Source of the DNA: Orbicella franksi
Taxonomy: Eukaryota
Direction: 5' to 3'
NCBI GenBank assembly: GCA_964199315.1
Contig: OZ116700.1
Coordinates: 4,154,001 to 4,218,000 of the forward strand
DNA length: 64,000 bases
The position numbers were made by a program, and so were the translations under genes. Positions 1 to 12,800 of the stretch are shown piece after piece (position 1 is the stretch's first letter; every line of letters begins with the position of its first letter). The notes beneath the pieces are model-generated. The model had not been told where the DNA came from. It did not search any database and saw nothing but the letters and a program-made list of their open reading frames with translations.

Positions 1-1812
1 CGGCATCAAAACTGTGTAGAGAATTATCCTTCAGACCATAGGAACTCTGACGCACAACTCTTTCCGCACCCAACTCAAGGAGAAGAGCTTTCGCGGACGT
101 TTGGCAAGTGTCGGAGATGGTGCAAAATACTCTGTGTCCTAGTGTTCTTGCAAGGACAACTGCTGCTGGCCCAGGGCCACGATTGGCTTCATGTATCAGT
201 AATTTCAGGCTTTCGTGTTTTCCTGATTCAACTCTTTGAAGAGCATGAGAAGCTATAGCTAGGCACGCAGGGATGTAAGCTGCTTGTTCCTCCGTCACGC
301 TGGTTGGTTTTACAAAAACGTTGTTGGTTTGGATGGAAAGAGAGGGAGAGACCCGTCCAGAAGCGATGACACCACACACCTCATCTCCAATCTGTAGCTG
401 AGTGTTTTCGCTGTTTTCTGGTAGACCAGTCACCTTTCCAACGACGAAGACACATCCTCTTGGTCTGGATACATCTATCAGTGATTGAGAGGGTGTCCAG
501 CAATATAGCAGGTCTATCTTGAGCTCAGAATCGGATGTCTTTGAATGACTGTTTTCGCGCAGGCAGAGTGTTCTTGATGATGGAATAGATGATAAGTACA
601 TGGACCTCTTCTTCTTCAGTTCACTTCTAATTGCTTTTGGTTGCTCTGGGGAAATTGTTGTTCTCACTACACGATTTATGAAACGTTTGCCATCCCGAAA
701 GGCCACTTCTTCTTCAATGCTGTCGCCCAGAATCTCATCAATCAAGGACCCGGCTTCACGTATATCTCTTTTGTTGTTCAGGTCAACAGCTGTTACCCTG
801 AAATTGAATTCTTCGAGGTTTGCTGTTCGTCGAAGACCCCAGACTGTAGAAGCCCACGGGATTGTATCAGTCCTAGGAGACTTGTCACAGGCGTCTAACA
901 GCTGTGTACGTTCGGTGATGAGGAACAGTCGAGTATCGAACCACTCCTTCTCAATCACCAGCTTAAGCAAGAAGACAGAGCTGCTTAAGGCGAGACGTTG
1001 GGCTTGATCAATCACATCGAAGCTATTCGGTAGGAGAGTCGTTTCTACCGGCCACATGTTGATGACCTTTAGGTTGGATGAATGGCTAGGTGGTACATTG
1101 GAAAAAGCTGCGCTGATTGCTTCTTCTGCCTTGGAGTTGAAGCATCCGGCATTTGGCGGCTCAACTGTGATGACATTGACTTGAGCTTCCTGAAGTCTTG
1201 TGACTAACAAATCGGAGAAATCGGTGGATTCTCTCAGCACTAGGCAAGTCACGTTTGGTGAGGCTTTGCTCTGTTCGTGTAACTCATCCTCCATCCACTG
1301 AATTTCATAGCCAAGGCCATCAAGGAGAAATCGTCGTGGTGTGCTAGTCAATTCTGTGATGCGAAACTCACTCATGGTAAGTAAGACATTTCCGGACGGA
1401 CTCATGAGGGAAACATCAAATTTTCCAAACTCAGTCGCATCCGCCGTGACGTGGCAGTACAGCTGTTTGGTACAGGGCATGTTGCACAGAGAAATTCTCT
1501 TGAAACCCACTGGCACAACGGAGGTGTCTTCAGTTTCTGAGTTCCCAAGTGGAACAAAGCAAGATTGAAGACAGGTGTCTAAAATGGAAGGATGGATCAC
1601 ATAATCAGCAGCTTCTTTTTGAATGACCGGCGATCCACTGATGTCAACTAAGCAAAGTCCCTCGTTATCACCCCGCCATATTTGCTTGATGATCCAGAAA
1701 TTAGGCCCATAGTTGAAGCCATACCTCTCCGTTATTTCTTTGAAATGTTCCATCGGCATAGTCGTCATATTTGTGATGAGTTCCTTTACGGCTGGTCCAA
1801 CGTCATTGGAAG
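1..1812 (-). CDS. PKS-A exon: second DH hotdog, pseudoKR, ER-like domain (truncated by window edge)
   Basis: ctcgcag|CT acceptor continues phase 1; reads ...ITERYGFNYGP...VIHPSILDTCLQS...[22 protein letters not shown]; homologous to ORF 32893-35370. Confidence 0.92.
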
Positions 1813-4800
1813 CTGCGAGAAAACAAAAAAGAAACAATTGAACGTTTACCTTCCATATTATGGATTGTTGACCAAGCTTGGTAGATAATCAATATTAGTA
1901 CAATTTCCAGAGGTGAATATAAGAATTGGACATTCTGATTCGTCGAAAAACTCGGCTTATGACGCTTTATAGTGAATATAACATTTCCGAGCTTGGTTAC
2001 TAAGCTCACCACCTTTGGTATCTTGGCAAGTAAACATGGCGGACAGCTGCTGACTGAAATTTCTTATTTACTGGAAAGACATCACTCCAAGACCAGGATA
2101 TTTGATCGCCAGTAGGCATAGGCTACTTATTTTTAGACGATGATGACAACTGTAAATGAAGTCAACAACAATAAAACAAGGGTACCGGCTGGATTTAATT
2201 TTCGTAATGTTTCGCTTGTTCGTTTCCCTGTCGAACCCGATGTCTAAATTAATTCACAATCAATGTACACCTTAGCTTATTATTAAAACTACGGCTGCAT
2301 ACGTGTAAGGAAACGAGCAACTGCGTCTGTACTTTTATGTTTTGGTCCGTTATTTTGTAGTTCTTGATATTCACCTCTGAAAATTATACTAAAACAATTA
2401 TTCGCCGAAGGTGAAGTGAAGATTGGTGAATATTCACCAATTTTCACTGCGCCTAGGCGAATAATTGTTAAACACTAATGGCGGGTTATTGGTCACAGGA
2501 CAGAATTTGGTAGACCTTACCCGTTGGCAGAGCCAACCATGAAAAACTAGCTAGCTATTTCTAGGAAGCTTTGAGAATATCTCGGAGAGTAAAATATTGC
2601 AAAGAATTTATAAACGAATGAAGGCGTGAAGAAAATAACACAACAACAACAAAGCCTCTAAGGGGTAAACTACCTTCTTCCTCAAAGTGCTCTTGCTTGT
2701 GTAATAGATCCACGGAGATTTTACCGCTACTCAGGTTAATTTCGGACCGGTCGCCCTGAACGCTTGTTATGTAGAACTGAGCTTCGTCAATTCTGTTGCT
2801 CTTCAGGAGACGTAGTCGTAGGGAACGAACCTAAAGTGCAAAAACAAAAAGAAAGAAGTTATTTGCTCTAAGTGCTTTTATCAAACTCTCTTTTTGTTTA
2901 GTAAAATGAGTTTTGTTTACCTGTGTTTCTGGCAGTGTGAGAAGACTTGAAAGCTTCACATCACTTAGTTCCAAGCCAGCGACGTCTACGAACTTGTCCA
3001 TGACCATTGCAAAGGCCATTTCTAGGTAAGCAGATCCGGGCATCACAGTACCTCCTTGAATAAGGGCGTGATCCTTCAGAGTTGGAAAGCGGTGTAGGTC
3101 AATCTCGGTCTCCCAGCAATGCAGGCCTGATTTCAGGTCAGTCATCTTCACCTGTCCTAGAAATGGATGTGTTTGCTTGATGGTTTGCTCAGCTCCAATA
3201 GGCGAGATTATGGTTTCGGGTGGATGTTCCCTATACCAAAAGCTCTTCTCCATCCATGGATAGCTGAGCGAACGGACAAACTTAGCCGATGGATTTGGCT
3301 GTACGCAAGCCCAGTCTATGGGAAATCCCATTGTATACAATTTACATACTGTATTTTGAAGAAAACTCTTGTGCTGGTCTTGCACAGGTACCCTTTTGCG
3401 CGGGAGAGTTGCCACGACAACTGGCATTTCTTGATTTTTCAGATTGTTTTGAAGAGCAATCTGTTTGACGTAGTGGGCTAAAATAGGCTGCGTACTTATC
3501 TCAATAATCTGCTTGTAACCATCTTTCAGCAGATGCTTTACAGCTGGATTAAATTGGACTGGACAACGAATATTTCGCCACCAGTAGACGCCGTCAAACC
3601 GCTGACCCGAGATAACCTCACCCTCGACTGTAGAATACATAGGTATTTTCGCCAGTTGAGGGTTAACATTGATGTGCTTCATAGCTGCTTGAAAAAGCTT
3701 CTTAATGGGTTCCATGTGTGTGCTGTGAAATGCGCGTTTTGTTCCTAAAACTCGCCAGAAAGTGTCTCTTGCGTGAATCGCTAGATGTTGACCCAGTGCC
3801 TCGATTGATTGGGCTTCTCCAGACACTGTCACGCTCCTCGCGTCATTAACTGCGGCGACGTCAAGCGTGGCACTTAACTTAAGTTTTAGCAGTAATGTCC
3901 TGGCGTTTTCTTCAGACAAACCTAGAGCGGCCATACCGCCATTATTGGGGCATTTCTCTTGAAGAGTGGCGCGAGCCAGCACCAGTTGAACGGCTTCCCT
4001 AACCGTTATGATTCCAGCAACACAGGCAGCTGCAAACTCTCCAAGACTGTGACCGATGACGGCGGAAGGATGGATTTTCCAGGACATCAGCAACTGTGCA
4101 GTCGCGTATTGGATAGCAAAAGTGGCCGGCTGAGCGAAGAAATTCTCCGAAATCCTTGAAACGTCTTCTGGTGCAATTAACTCGTCCATGAGCGACCATG
4201 CCACACCCAGATCTTTAAGTAGGTTGGTCACCGTCAAAACAGCTTCTCTAAAAACAGCTTCACACTCAATTAACTGTCTTCCCATGGCATACCACTGAGA
4301 TCCCTGGCCACCAAACATGAAGACAAGTTTTCCACCATTGGAGGTCACTTCTGCGTATGAAACTAACTTATCCCATCCCATGGAGTCATCAGAGTAGTCT
4401 GCAAGAGACTTGGATGCTTCCGCAGTGGATCCAAAGGCAAGTGCTAAGCGGTGTGGAAGTTGGCTGCGGCGTTCGTTTAAAGAGTAGCATAAGTTTTCCA
4501 CAAAAGTCTTATCCATAGCTTCGATGTTAATTCTAATCCATTCGGAGTAGAGTCCTGCCATCTTCTGTAGAGCTTCTTTTGAACGCGCTGACAGGGTGAG
4601 AATATTGTTTGCACGTTCAGTGATTTCTTCCTCTAAACCTTGTTTGGGTGTAACTTCACGAAGCAGCAGGTGTACATTTGAACCACCAAAACCAAAGGCG
4701 TTTACGGCTGCTATTCGTGGTTTTCCTCTTGTTTCTAGCCAGGGCTCACTGGTTTGTTGTACAACAAGCTCTTTTTCTTCCAGCTTTAGTTTAGGATTAA

Positions 4801-7800
4801 GCACGCGTATGTTTACGGTTGGTACATATTTCTTCTTTTTGATCATCAGAGCGACTTTGATAAGCCCAGCAAGACCTGAGGTTGATTCGGTGTGATTAAG
4901 GTTCGACTTGACCGAACCGACTCTTAGCTTTCGTGTGGGCTTTCCACGCCCTCTGGTGTAGGTCTCAGCTATCGAATTCGCTTCTACCACATCTCCAATT
5001 GCCGTACCAGTGCCATGCGCTTCGAAATAATCCACGTCTTCCGGATTCACTCCCGACTGTTCTAGAACCCTTCTGGATAGTTCAGCTTGCATCTTTGCAC
5101 TCGGTGCCGTGATTGGTACGGCATTTTGTCCATCGCTGTTCATCCCACAGGCAATTATCTCGCAATATTGGTCATCTTTGTCACTCAAAGCTGCATTTGA
5201 TAGCTTTAAAATTACCGCTGCAAAACCTTCTCCGCGTCCATAGCCATCACCAGATGCATTAAAACTTTTACAACGTCCATCTGGCGCCAGGAGCCCGGCT
5301 AAGCTGGATACCATCTGCATAGCCGGATTAAGGACAATGTTAGGTGCGCAAACGATGGCTATCTCGCAATCTTCATTATGCAGGTTATCACAGGCTAGTT
5401 TAAGCGCGGTTAGGGATGACGAGCATGCTGTATCAACGGCCAGGCTTGGCCCCGTTAGGTTAAGACAGAACGACACTCTGTTGGCGAGAATAGCCATTGA
5501 GCCTCCTGTAGAGGAAAACTGGTCGATATTGCTGTAATTTGACTTGTCGGTCACAAGTGCTCCATAATCCAGATTCATCACGCCCACAAATACCCCTGTT
5601 CTACACTTTTGAAGATCTTCAAGTCGCATTCCAGCATCTTCAATGGCCTCATACACCACCTGCAACAAAATTCGCTGCTGGGGATCCATGCCACGGGCTT
5701 CTTGATTGGAAATGCCGAAAAACCGGTGGTCAAAATGCGTTATTTCTTCCAAGTAGGATCCATTCACTGCAGAAAGGCGTCCACTTACAAAGCGTCTTGG
5801 ATTATATAGCTCATGGAACGTTTTATGTTGTTCAGTTCTGTTGTTGGGGAATGGACCATTTGCACACTTCCCATGTTCAAGGAAGTACCAAAACTGATCC
5901 TTGCTGCTAGCACCAGGAAATCTGCAGCTGATGCCAACGATGGAAATTCCGGGGCGTTTGGGCTTAAGCTGTTGTAAGTTCCCATCTCGTACTTGTAACG
6001 ACAGCCCGTCGTGTTGTTCCTTGAAGGTTGGTCCTACATCTACGTCACTTTGAGAATCAAAACTGTGCTTGACCTCGAGGAAAAATACGATTATCGGCGG
6101 GAAAATGACGAGAGCGTGCGTCATTCCTAGAACAAGCACAAGTGGGACAAGTTGATGAAAAATTCCTGCTAGACTTGGATAAATGAGCCCTAGTGAGACT
6201 GACCCAGATATAGTTATTAACGCTGCAGTTATCACAGACCATCCAACAGAGATTAGGGCCTCACTCATGCGAGCTCGTATTTTTTGCTTTGCCGAGAATA
6301 CAAATGAATGGGCAACCTGAATACTAAAATTCAGGGACACGATAATCGCCACAAAGAGGGAGAGAAAGGTAATATGATTCAGATGAATTTTCCACGCTTC
6401 CATTATAGCTGCTGCCTCTAACACGAGAAAATCAAATGTCATAGCTAGAAAGATGCTCATCCCGAAACTTGTGCTTGAGAACAGAGAGAATATAAACACC
6501 ACTGCTGTGGCAGTTACGAAGACTGCGAAGACTGCTTCCCGCTCCAACAGATAGAGGTCATCAAGATCGAAAAATTTATCAGAGACTGGAACAGCTTCCA
6601 GGGAAGACTGTTCGAGCAAGTCTTTTCTCAGTTTCTGTAATGATCCCCTGTCTTCTCGAAATTGGTTCTGTAGTTCCATCTTCAGATGAATTCGAGATGC
6701 CAGAATAATACGTCGAGAATTCGTATCTTTAAAGCGCAAGTCTTGTCGAAACGGGCCGTTGTGGGATTGATTAAGAAAACGCTCTAAACACTGATAGAAA
6801 GCTGAGTTCAAGCAGGTCTTGTTTTGGTTTTGCTTCCAGTGTTGAAAGGCTAATATCCAGCAGAACGATTTTCCTTCGCTGTAGGAAGCCTTTTCCAGTT
6901 TTGTACACATGTTTGTTATTCCATTTTGTACGTGCTCCTGTGAATAGTCAAGTTTCTCAGAGAAAACAATACTTGTATCAGTTTCTTTGCCAAAAAAGTT
7001 TTGTTGTGCGTCACTAAACTGCCTAAACTTTTCACTTTGGTAAAGCGACTCGCTCGTACTCGTTCTCTCATCTGTTTCCAAGGCAGACAACACACATAAA
7101 ACGATGATGCCGACGAGGACAAGAAATGCTAGAATTCTTCCACCAAGTGACGTCATTATCCATGTAAGGCTTTTTAGAGCGCGTTTCAGTTTAACTTTTC
7201 GGCATTCCACAAGTCCTTGGTCGAAGCTTCCAAAGTCAGTTGTTGATGATTTTCTTCTACAGGATCGTAGACAAGGATTGTCCAGTTTCTTCAGCCTTCT
7301 TTCAAAATACATCAACAGTATGACTGTTACTATAAAGGATGCTGCCGAATTAACTGCATATGTGACGAGTGTCGCTAAGAAAAATTCTGAAATCACGTCA
7401 AACGAAGATTTGATGGCAATTCCAGAAAGAATTGTTCCATATACGGCCGACAACACAGCGAGGAATCCTGCTTTCGCAACACAGCTACTGACACGATGTT
7501 CAAGTGATGGCACCTTCTTCTGCCGTTCCCATTCCACCAGGAGGAGTACTACGTCTGAGGTTGCTTTTCCCAAAAGCAAAAAGGGAATAAACAGTGTAGT
7601 TGGGAAAAGGGATGTGTTTGTCATTGAGATGATACCCGCAGAACAGGTCATGGGAAACAGTATAGATGAGACCATCAGTAAGACTGTCGTGAGGCTGCTG
7701 AGATTATCAGAGGAAAAGTGCAAGACAATGAAGACAACAACAGCCATTGCCAAAGGTGAAAAATAAAGAGGCCAAAGCTTTGGCTTCAAGACGTCTTCTA

Positions 7801-9874
7801 AAGCATCATTTGCTGTTTTGCCTGTCTTGAAGGAGAGTTCTGCACACTCCAGGCGACGACCCAATGACGAAAGGAGACTTTCAAAAGAGGTTTCAAAGTT
7901 AAGAACTGCTTGGGTTTCTTCAGTGTTGGTCTTTTTAATGAAGTAACTAACTCGAAGAGCGTCCGCTCGAGCAGTCGGTGGATCTGCGTCATGTTGAACT
8001 TGAAAATTACCCAACATTTGCCTGAAGGAGGAGTTGAAGGTTTGTCCAGTGGATAAAACGAGTGTCGAGTTCGTCAACTCGCGAACGAGAATGGAGGAAA
8101 GGTTTTTCAAATCTTCAAATTGAGTACCAGCTAATTCGAGAGGACTGCTGATGATACAGCCACGTTTGGATGGTTTTTGTTGGGTGTTTGGAAGTAATTG
8201 GCGGGAGCATATTTCACTATAACCACTGATGTTTACTATGGTCTGGTGGACAAGAAGCGCTTCTTTCAAGCAATCTTCACTGAGAATATTCTGGCCACGT
8301 TTAGGTACAATGATGATCTGTTCTTGGCGTGCTTCAAGAAGAGGAAAGAATTGTGCTGCATGATGCAAGTCTTTCCTGGATTGGCTGTCAGTTGCGGTGA
8401 AACGTTCAACGGCAGGACGCCCCACATGCAGGCGAATAAATCCCAGGCAGCTTGCTGTAACAACTATAAGCGATACCACAAATACAGCCAATGATTTTCG
8501 AGCAATAAACAGTCCCAGTTTCTCAAACGCTTTCTGATAAGCAGCAAGGATGGCATAAGACAAGGCGCCTCGTCCACAACTGATGGCACCACATCCAAAG
8601 CGACGCTTTTTATGGGTCGTGTGACACTCGTAAGACCTAGACGCGAGAATGCGATTTTGTTAAGCGATTGGGATTTTTCAGAGAAATAGTATCGTGGTAT
8701 AGCTAACATGAACCACGAACGCAATGAATAGATCAACCTTGTACATATTCTTTACAAAATAAAGTGGTTCTCTTTACCTGGAAGCAGTCTCGTAGATTTG
8801 GCAGACATGCGCTGCAAACACTATTATAAAATACTTGATAAAAACCCCACAGTAGAAACAACTGGCGTCAAAGCCTGGAAAGTCAACTCTGCCGATACTT
8901 ATACAGAATGGAAAAACCAATTTTCTTTTATATATCAATCAACAAGAGACAACAAGTTAAGACAGTTCTCTTTTAGATTATTGCATAGAATTATAGTAAC
9001 CAAAAAAGAACTGCTCAAATTTCGATTAACCGATGACGCAACCTGTACCTTTTGCCCTAGCTCAGACTCAATAGAGCATACTTTTCTAGATTGCTCTGAG
9101 ATAAAATCATTCTATTCTGAAGCGTTAGTGTGGTTTAACCGCGTAAACGATACTGAAATTAATCTTTCTAACGAGCAAATTACCTTCAATGAAATACCTG
9201 ACTTTCATCAAATATCCGAATACCCAAGACGCAGACTACACTTATTTATTATTCTTTTGAATTAATATGTCCACAGTTGTAAGTTTCTTAAGAAAAAACC
9301 GATCTAGGAAGAATTCCAAACTAAAATGTTGATGCAATGGCAAATAGAGAAATGTGCTCTTTACTAATTCTGTTCCTCCCTTTCGTAAAATCAATACTTT
9401 AAAAAGGAGGTAAAGACTCGAAGCGATACATTTACAGTTATATTTAGTTCTATTTATCACTACACGTAAGCACTACTGTATTGAAAGTAGATTGCAGGTA
9501 ATTCTTAGGTGCCTTGCAATTTATATCTTGTAATTTATTTTTTGTTCCTTATTCTTTTCTGTTATTCCTTTATTCAGTGTTGTTCTTTTCCCCTAGCTGT
9601 ATTACGTCTTTTGTATTAGCCAATGTAATGTAAATTGTATATGTAAGTGGTGTGTATTAAATTAAAAAAAAAAAAATAGTGATTCTCTTTACGTAATAAA
9701 AATGAGCATTGGTAAACGTTGTTTTTCCATTCTATATTCCTGGTATACATCGCCAAAATGTCCACTATATTTTTTTCCCGGTAACGAATTTCGAATTGCT
9801 GGTCTGCTGACATAGGCAACACTGAAATCTGACTCAGATTGTTCATGTCCACAGAACTGAACCCCTTCATTCAT
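1..9874 (-). CDS. PKS-A: Patched/SSD-fused type I polyketide synthase (SSD 12TM-KS-AT-DH-pseudoKR-ER...), spliced, 3' part runs off window start
   Basis: Exons 9874-9693, 8636-2921, 2830-2674, 1812-<1 join in frame with GT-AG boundaries. KS triad DTACSSS/EAHGTGT/NLNHTES, AT GHSLGE + [20 protein letters not shown] + HPSILD, ER-like [11 protein letters not shown]-terminal ~850 aa has 12 hydrophobic segments in Patched/NPC1 arrangement. Colinear with paralog at 25140-41695. Confidence 0.92.
2393..2469. mobile_element. Small palindromic MITE-like repeat in PKS-A intron
   Basis: Perfect 14-bp inverted ends aacaattattcgcc/ggcgaataattgtt and an internal 20-bp palindrome attggtgaatattcaccaat. Confidence 0.6.
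2674..2830 (-). CDS. PKS-A DH exon (VRSLRLRLLKSNRIDEAQFYITSVQG...)
   Basis: tttag|GTT acceptor, GAAG|gtag donor, 157 nt; same length and homologous peptide as PKS-B exon 35845-35689. Confidence 0.9.
2921..8636 (-). CDS. PKS-A giant exon: Patched/SSD membrane domain + KS + AT + N-terminal DH
   Basis: 5716-nt stop-free frame; acceptor gcgtctag|G conserved with PKS-B; donor ETQ|gtaaac at 2920. Confidence 0.93.
8778..9677 (+). mobile_element. 5'-truncated non-LTR retrotransposon (L1/Tx1-type ORF2 C-terminus with zf-RVT CCHC), poly(A) tail
   Basis: ORF 8798-9265 with KLRQFSFRLLHR...CTFC...SIEHTFLDC; A-tail 9664-9676; 15-bp TSD agtg(g/a)ttctctttac at 8763-8777 and 9678-9692. Confidence 0.88.
9693..9874 (-). 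CDS. Probable first coding exon of PKS-A (MNEGVQFCG...PMLIFIT)
   Basis: ATG at 9874; 182 nt ending AC|gtaaag, a phase-2 donor matching the phase-2 acceptor at 8636. The ORF-track start at 8563 is TTG, not ATG, so an upstream exon is needed. Segment RNSLP..SGH has a look-alike upstream of PKS-B (~42265-42300). Confidence 0.65.
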
Positions 9875-12800
9875 GTAACCTTTTTGTTTTGCTTGTTGAA
9901 CGCAGCAGCTTGTAAAGTTTACCTAGCATGAAGCGTAACGAACCGTTTGTTGCATGTTTCATTCAAGTGTCGCTAACCCTCCCCCGCTTCTTCCCTTTTC
10001 ATTGGGTGTTACGTTTAACCCAGTCTACACTCGAATTTCGCGTGTCTGAGTTGGGAATTTTAGGTCTCGCGCTAACTCAGAGAAGGAGCTTATCGATTTA
10101 GGTTTCTATAACTGCTTTCTAAAGGAAGTCGATCTCCTCGAGGACATCATCAAGTCCAAGGAAGGTGCAAGTCTAACGATTTACTAGTGAGCAAATGGTT
10201 GTATATTTACCTGGTTTGTAAGCTGCAGACCACGCGGCGAAGATATGCTGCGGATATGTGGTCATGGATTATTCACTCATGGGCTCAGAACTCTTTTAAC
10301 TTCATTTGATTGGGTCACTTAACGTGTCTTATCAACATTCAACTGAATTATAGAATTTGCATCGAGTTTATAAGTGAGCCAGTTGTGAATCGTTTTGGCC
10401 GTGAATTTTGCTCTCGTCGAAAGTTTTACTGCTACTTTTGAAAATGTCCCCATCACCATGTACTCAATTGTGCTATGTCGTTTTACGACGTGATAAGCTG
10501 CAGTATTATGCGATACAATTTACGCTAGACGAGCTCATCAAAAGAGTATTTTTCTATATTTTTTTTTTAGTCCATCAATTCTTAGAATCCCAAACAAAAT
10601 TCCCAGAAAATCAGTCTCGTGCCCTTTGACCGTCTGGAAGGAAGTTAAATTTGATTGCTTTCAATGTCCAGCAATACGCTCTAGGACTTGATCACGTACA
10701 CACCGGAGACTCCCGTACTTCCTCTAGAGTTTTGCTTCTGATAACAGTCAGTCGGTAACGTTTTATGTATTTCGGTATTTTGTTTGTCGTGGCGTGATTC
10801 CTTTATTTTTTTCTGATTTATTCTTGGTGACCGTATATAAAAGGTAGTAGTAGTACGGTGGCTCGACGGTGGGTTTTAAGATTATAATTATGTATGAAAA
10901 TATCTGCCATCAAATTTTGATGCGATCCATCTGCTCTGTTTATTCAATTTCACTGGATAGTTTTTACCTACTCAGTCACGTTCTTATGGGCCGTCACGCA
11001 ATCTTTGTTTCGTTGGGGAGGTTTCAGCAATCACCACAAGGAAGCTCGAACTAATTGCTTAGCAACACGCCGTGTCATTAGGAACGCACATTGAGGGATT
11101 GAGGACTGAGCTGACCGGCTATGAAGAGCCTTGCAAAGATAAGAAATGCTTTTGTATTCTAATAGTTTAATTCATATAAGTGCATTAGCAAAGCACAACT
11201 TAAAATCATGCACATAAAATTGTAATTGCTATAATACCTATATGATAATTCACATAAACATACAGGTTAAGCCAACGGCCTTGAGGATAAAAATTGGTTA
11301 CACACTGGCTCGACATCGTATTCGGGGTGCTTTATACTCTATAGTATGCAGATTCCAGTAAACGAGCGATACAGCTTTGAAGGTATTGCATTTTGTACAC
11401 GCTAAGCCAAAACTCAAAACAGCTTCTTCCACTATATTTGCGCAGCACTGTTCTGTACGCCAACAAAGACTGACGGAAAACTTGATATTCCTTGTTTACT
11501 TAAAGCAAGAAAATTAAGAACACTTTTAAAGAGTAAAACCAAGAACAAACGATTAATAGTCTAAACTGTCATAAGGAGAAAGACTGTTACTTTTTAACTG
11601 AGCCATATTTAAATAAATTAGATTATCTCAGTGATTCGACGTTACAAAGGTCCCGGTTTGTTTGCCACTTGGTTTCGATAATTCAGGAGAAAACCTGCTT
11701 ATCTGCACGTGCTAAACCAAGGAAGTCAAAATACACCACGCGACTCACGCGACCAGCAACAATTGCGCGCGAGCAACGCGTAATTTGTATTCAGTATTCA
11801 GAGGAAATGATCAGCGGCGGACTGCGCAAATAAAGACCAATAAGATGAATTATGTAAATCGGGCACGTCTAAAGAACCTTATTACTATCAACCAAAAAAA
11901 AACATTCACGGCCAAAGATCGAGGAGAATAGTTTCGTTTCAGTGACACTTAATTTGAGTCAATAAATCCCAGTTTTAAATGAACACTGAAATGCTTTGGA
12001 GTCAGGGTTCAAATATAAAAAGTAGCGCCAACTGGGAGCAAATGTTTAAAAATGCTTTACTAACAATACCATTTCGTTTTCCTTGTATTGACGAATGTTT
12101 GTAGAAAACACTTTCACACTGTGTTAACCTATTGTTTTGCTATAATTTGCAAGTGAACTATGTACACCGTTTCAAGTGCCGTGTGCAGCACTCTCTTGAA
12201 CATTTGTTTGTAAGTATCGAGTGAATGTAAAATGTTTGGGATAATCTGGGATCATAACATGAAAACGTAAGTCGACTTGTTTTTTCTTGTAGTTTTGGAA
12301 ATTTTTATCTCTGGTCTGTTAACTCGTGATGTGGAACGCGCTACTGAGTAATTGCTAACAGTGGCTAATAGTAAATAAAATAAATATGGAATTATCCAGA
12401 GAAATTTTGGAGAGAACATCCTGTGGCGTAGACGAATGTGCGACATACTGTAGTGGATTAGTCTGACTAGCGTGACGCAGGCTATGTCACGCAACAAGGA
12501 ATAGTTGGGTTTACGAGAACAGCACCTTGAGACTGACGAATTTTAGTACAGAAGATTGATTGAATTTGGAACTTACGGAGATCTTACAAGTGTAAATGAC
12601 GGATCGTGAAGAAACGCAAGGAAACAGAAAGATACACTTCTCTTGATTGTTAAACGAACGGAATGCGGAAATTTTCCATAATATTCCTTCATTTGTCACG
12701 TCCTATGCAAAATGCGGAAATATAATGCTAAACCACTCACTCCTTACTACATCCGTTGCTGCTGAACTCTGAAATAAATATGTTCCTTGTTACAATTCAA

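Noticed and set aside
600-1568. Plus-strand ORFs 600-1007, 641-898 and 1341-1568, with similar-looking partners at 33974-34549 and 34889-35116
   Set aside because: Antisense shadows of the PKS pseudoKR/DH exons; their similarity between loci follows from paralogy of the minus-strand genes.
2831-2920. ORF-track C-termini of the giant ORFs (...VNKTHFTK...FAL; ...VDSIKC...RKI at 35899-35967) and ...NLLRQR...PRAT at 27065-27189
   Set aside because: Read-through into introns; donors and downstream in-frame homologous exons exist.
3167-8494. Plus-strand and off-frame ORFs overlapping PKS-A (e.g. 4596-4895, 7104-7766), and equivalents at 37583-41193
   Set aside because: They lie wholly within the giant PKS exons, have no independent motifs, and are explained by codon structure of the real frame.
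9880-10260. Additional upstream PKS-A exons ending at phase-1 donors (about 9921 and 10209)
   Set aside because: The phase does not fit the 8636 acceptor, and the only in-frame acceptor before 9874 lacks a polypyrimidine tract.
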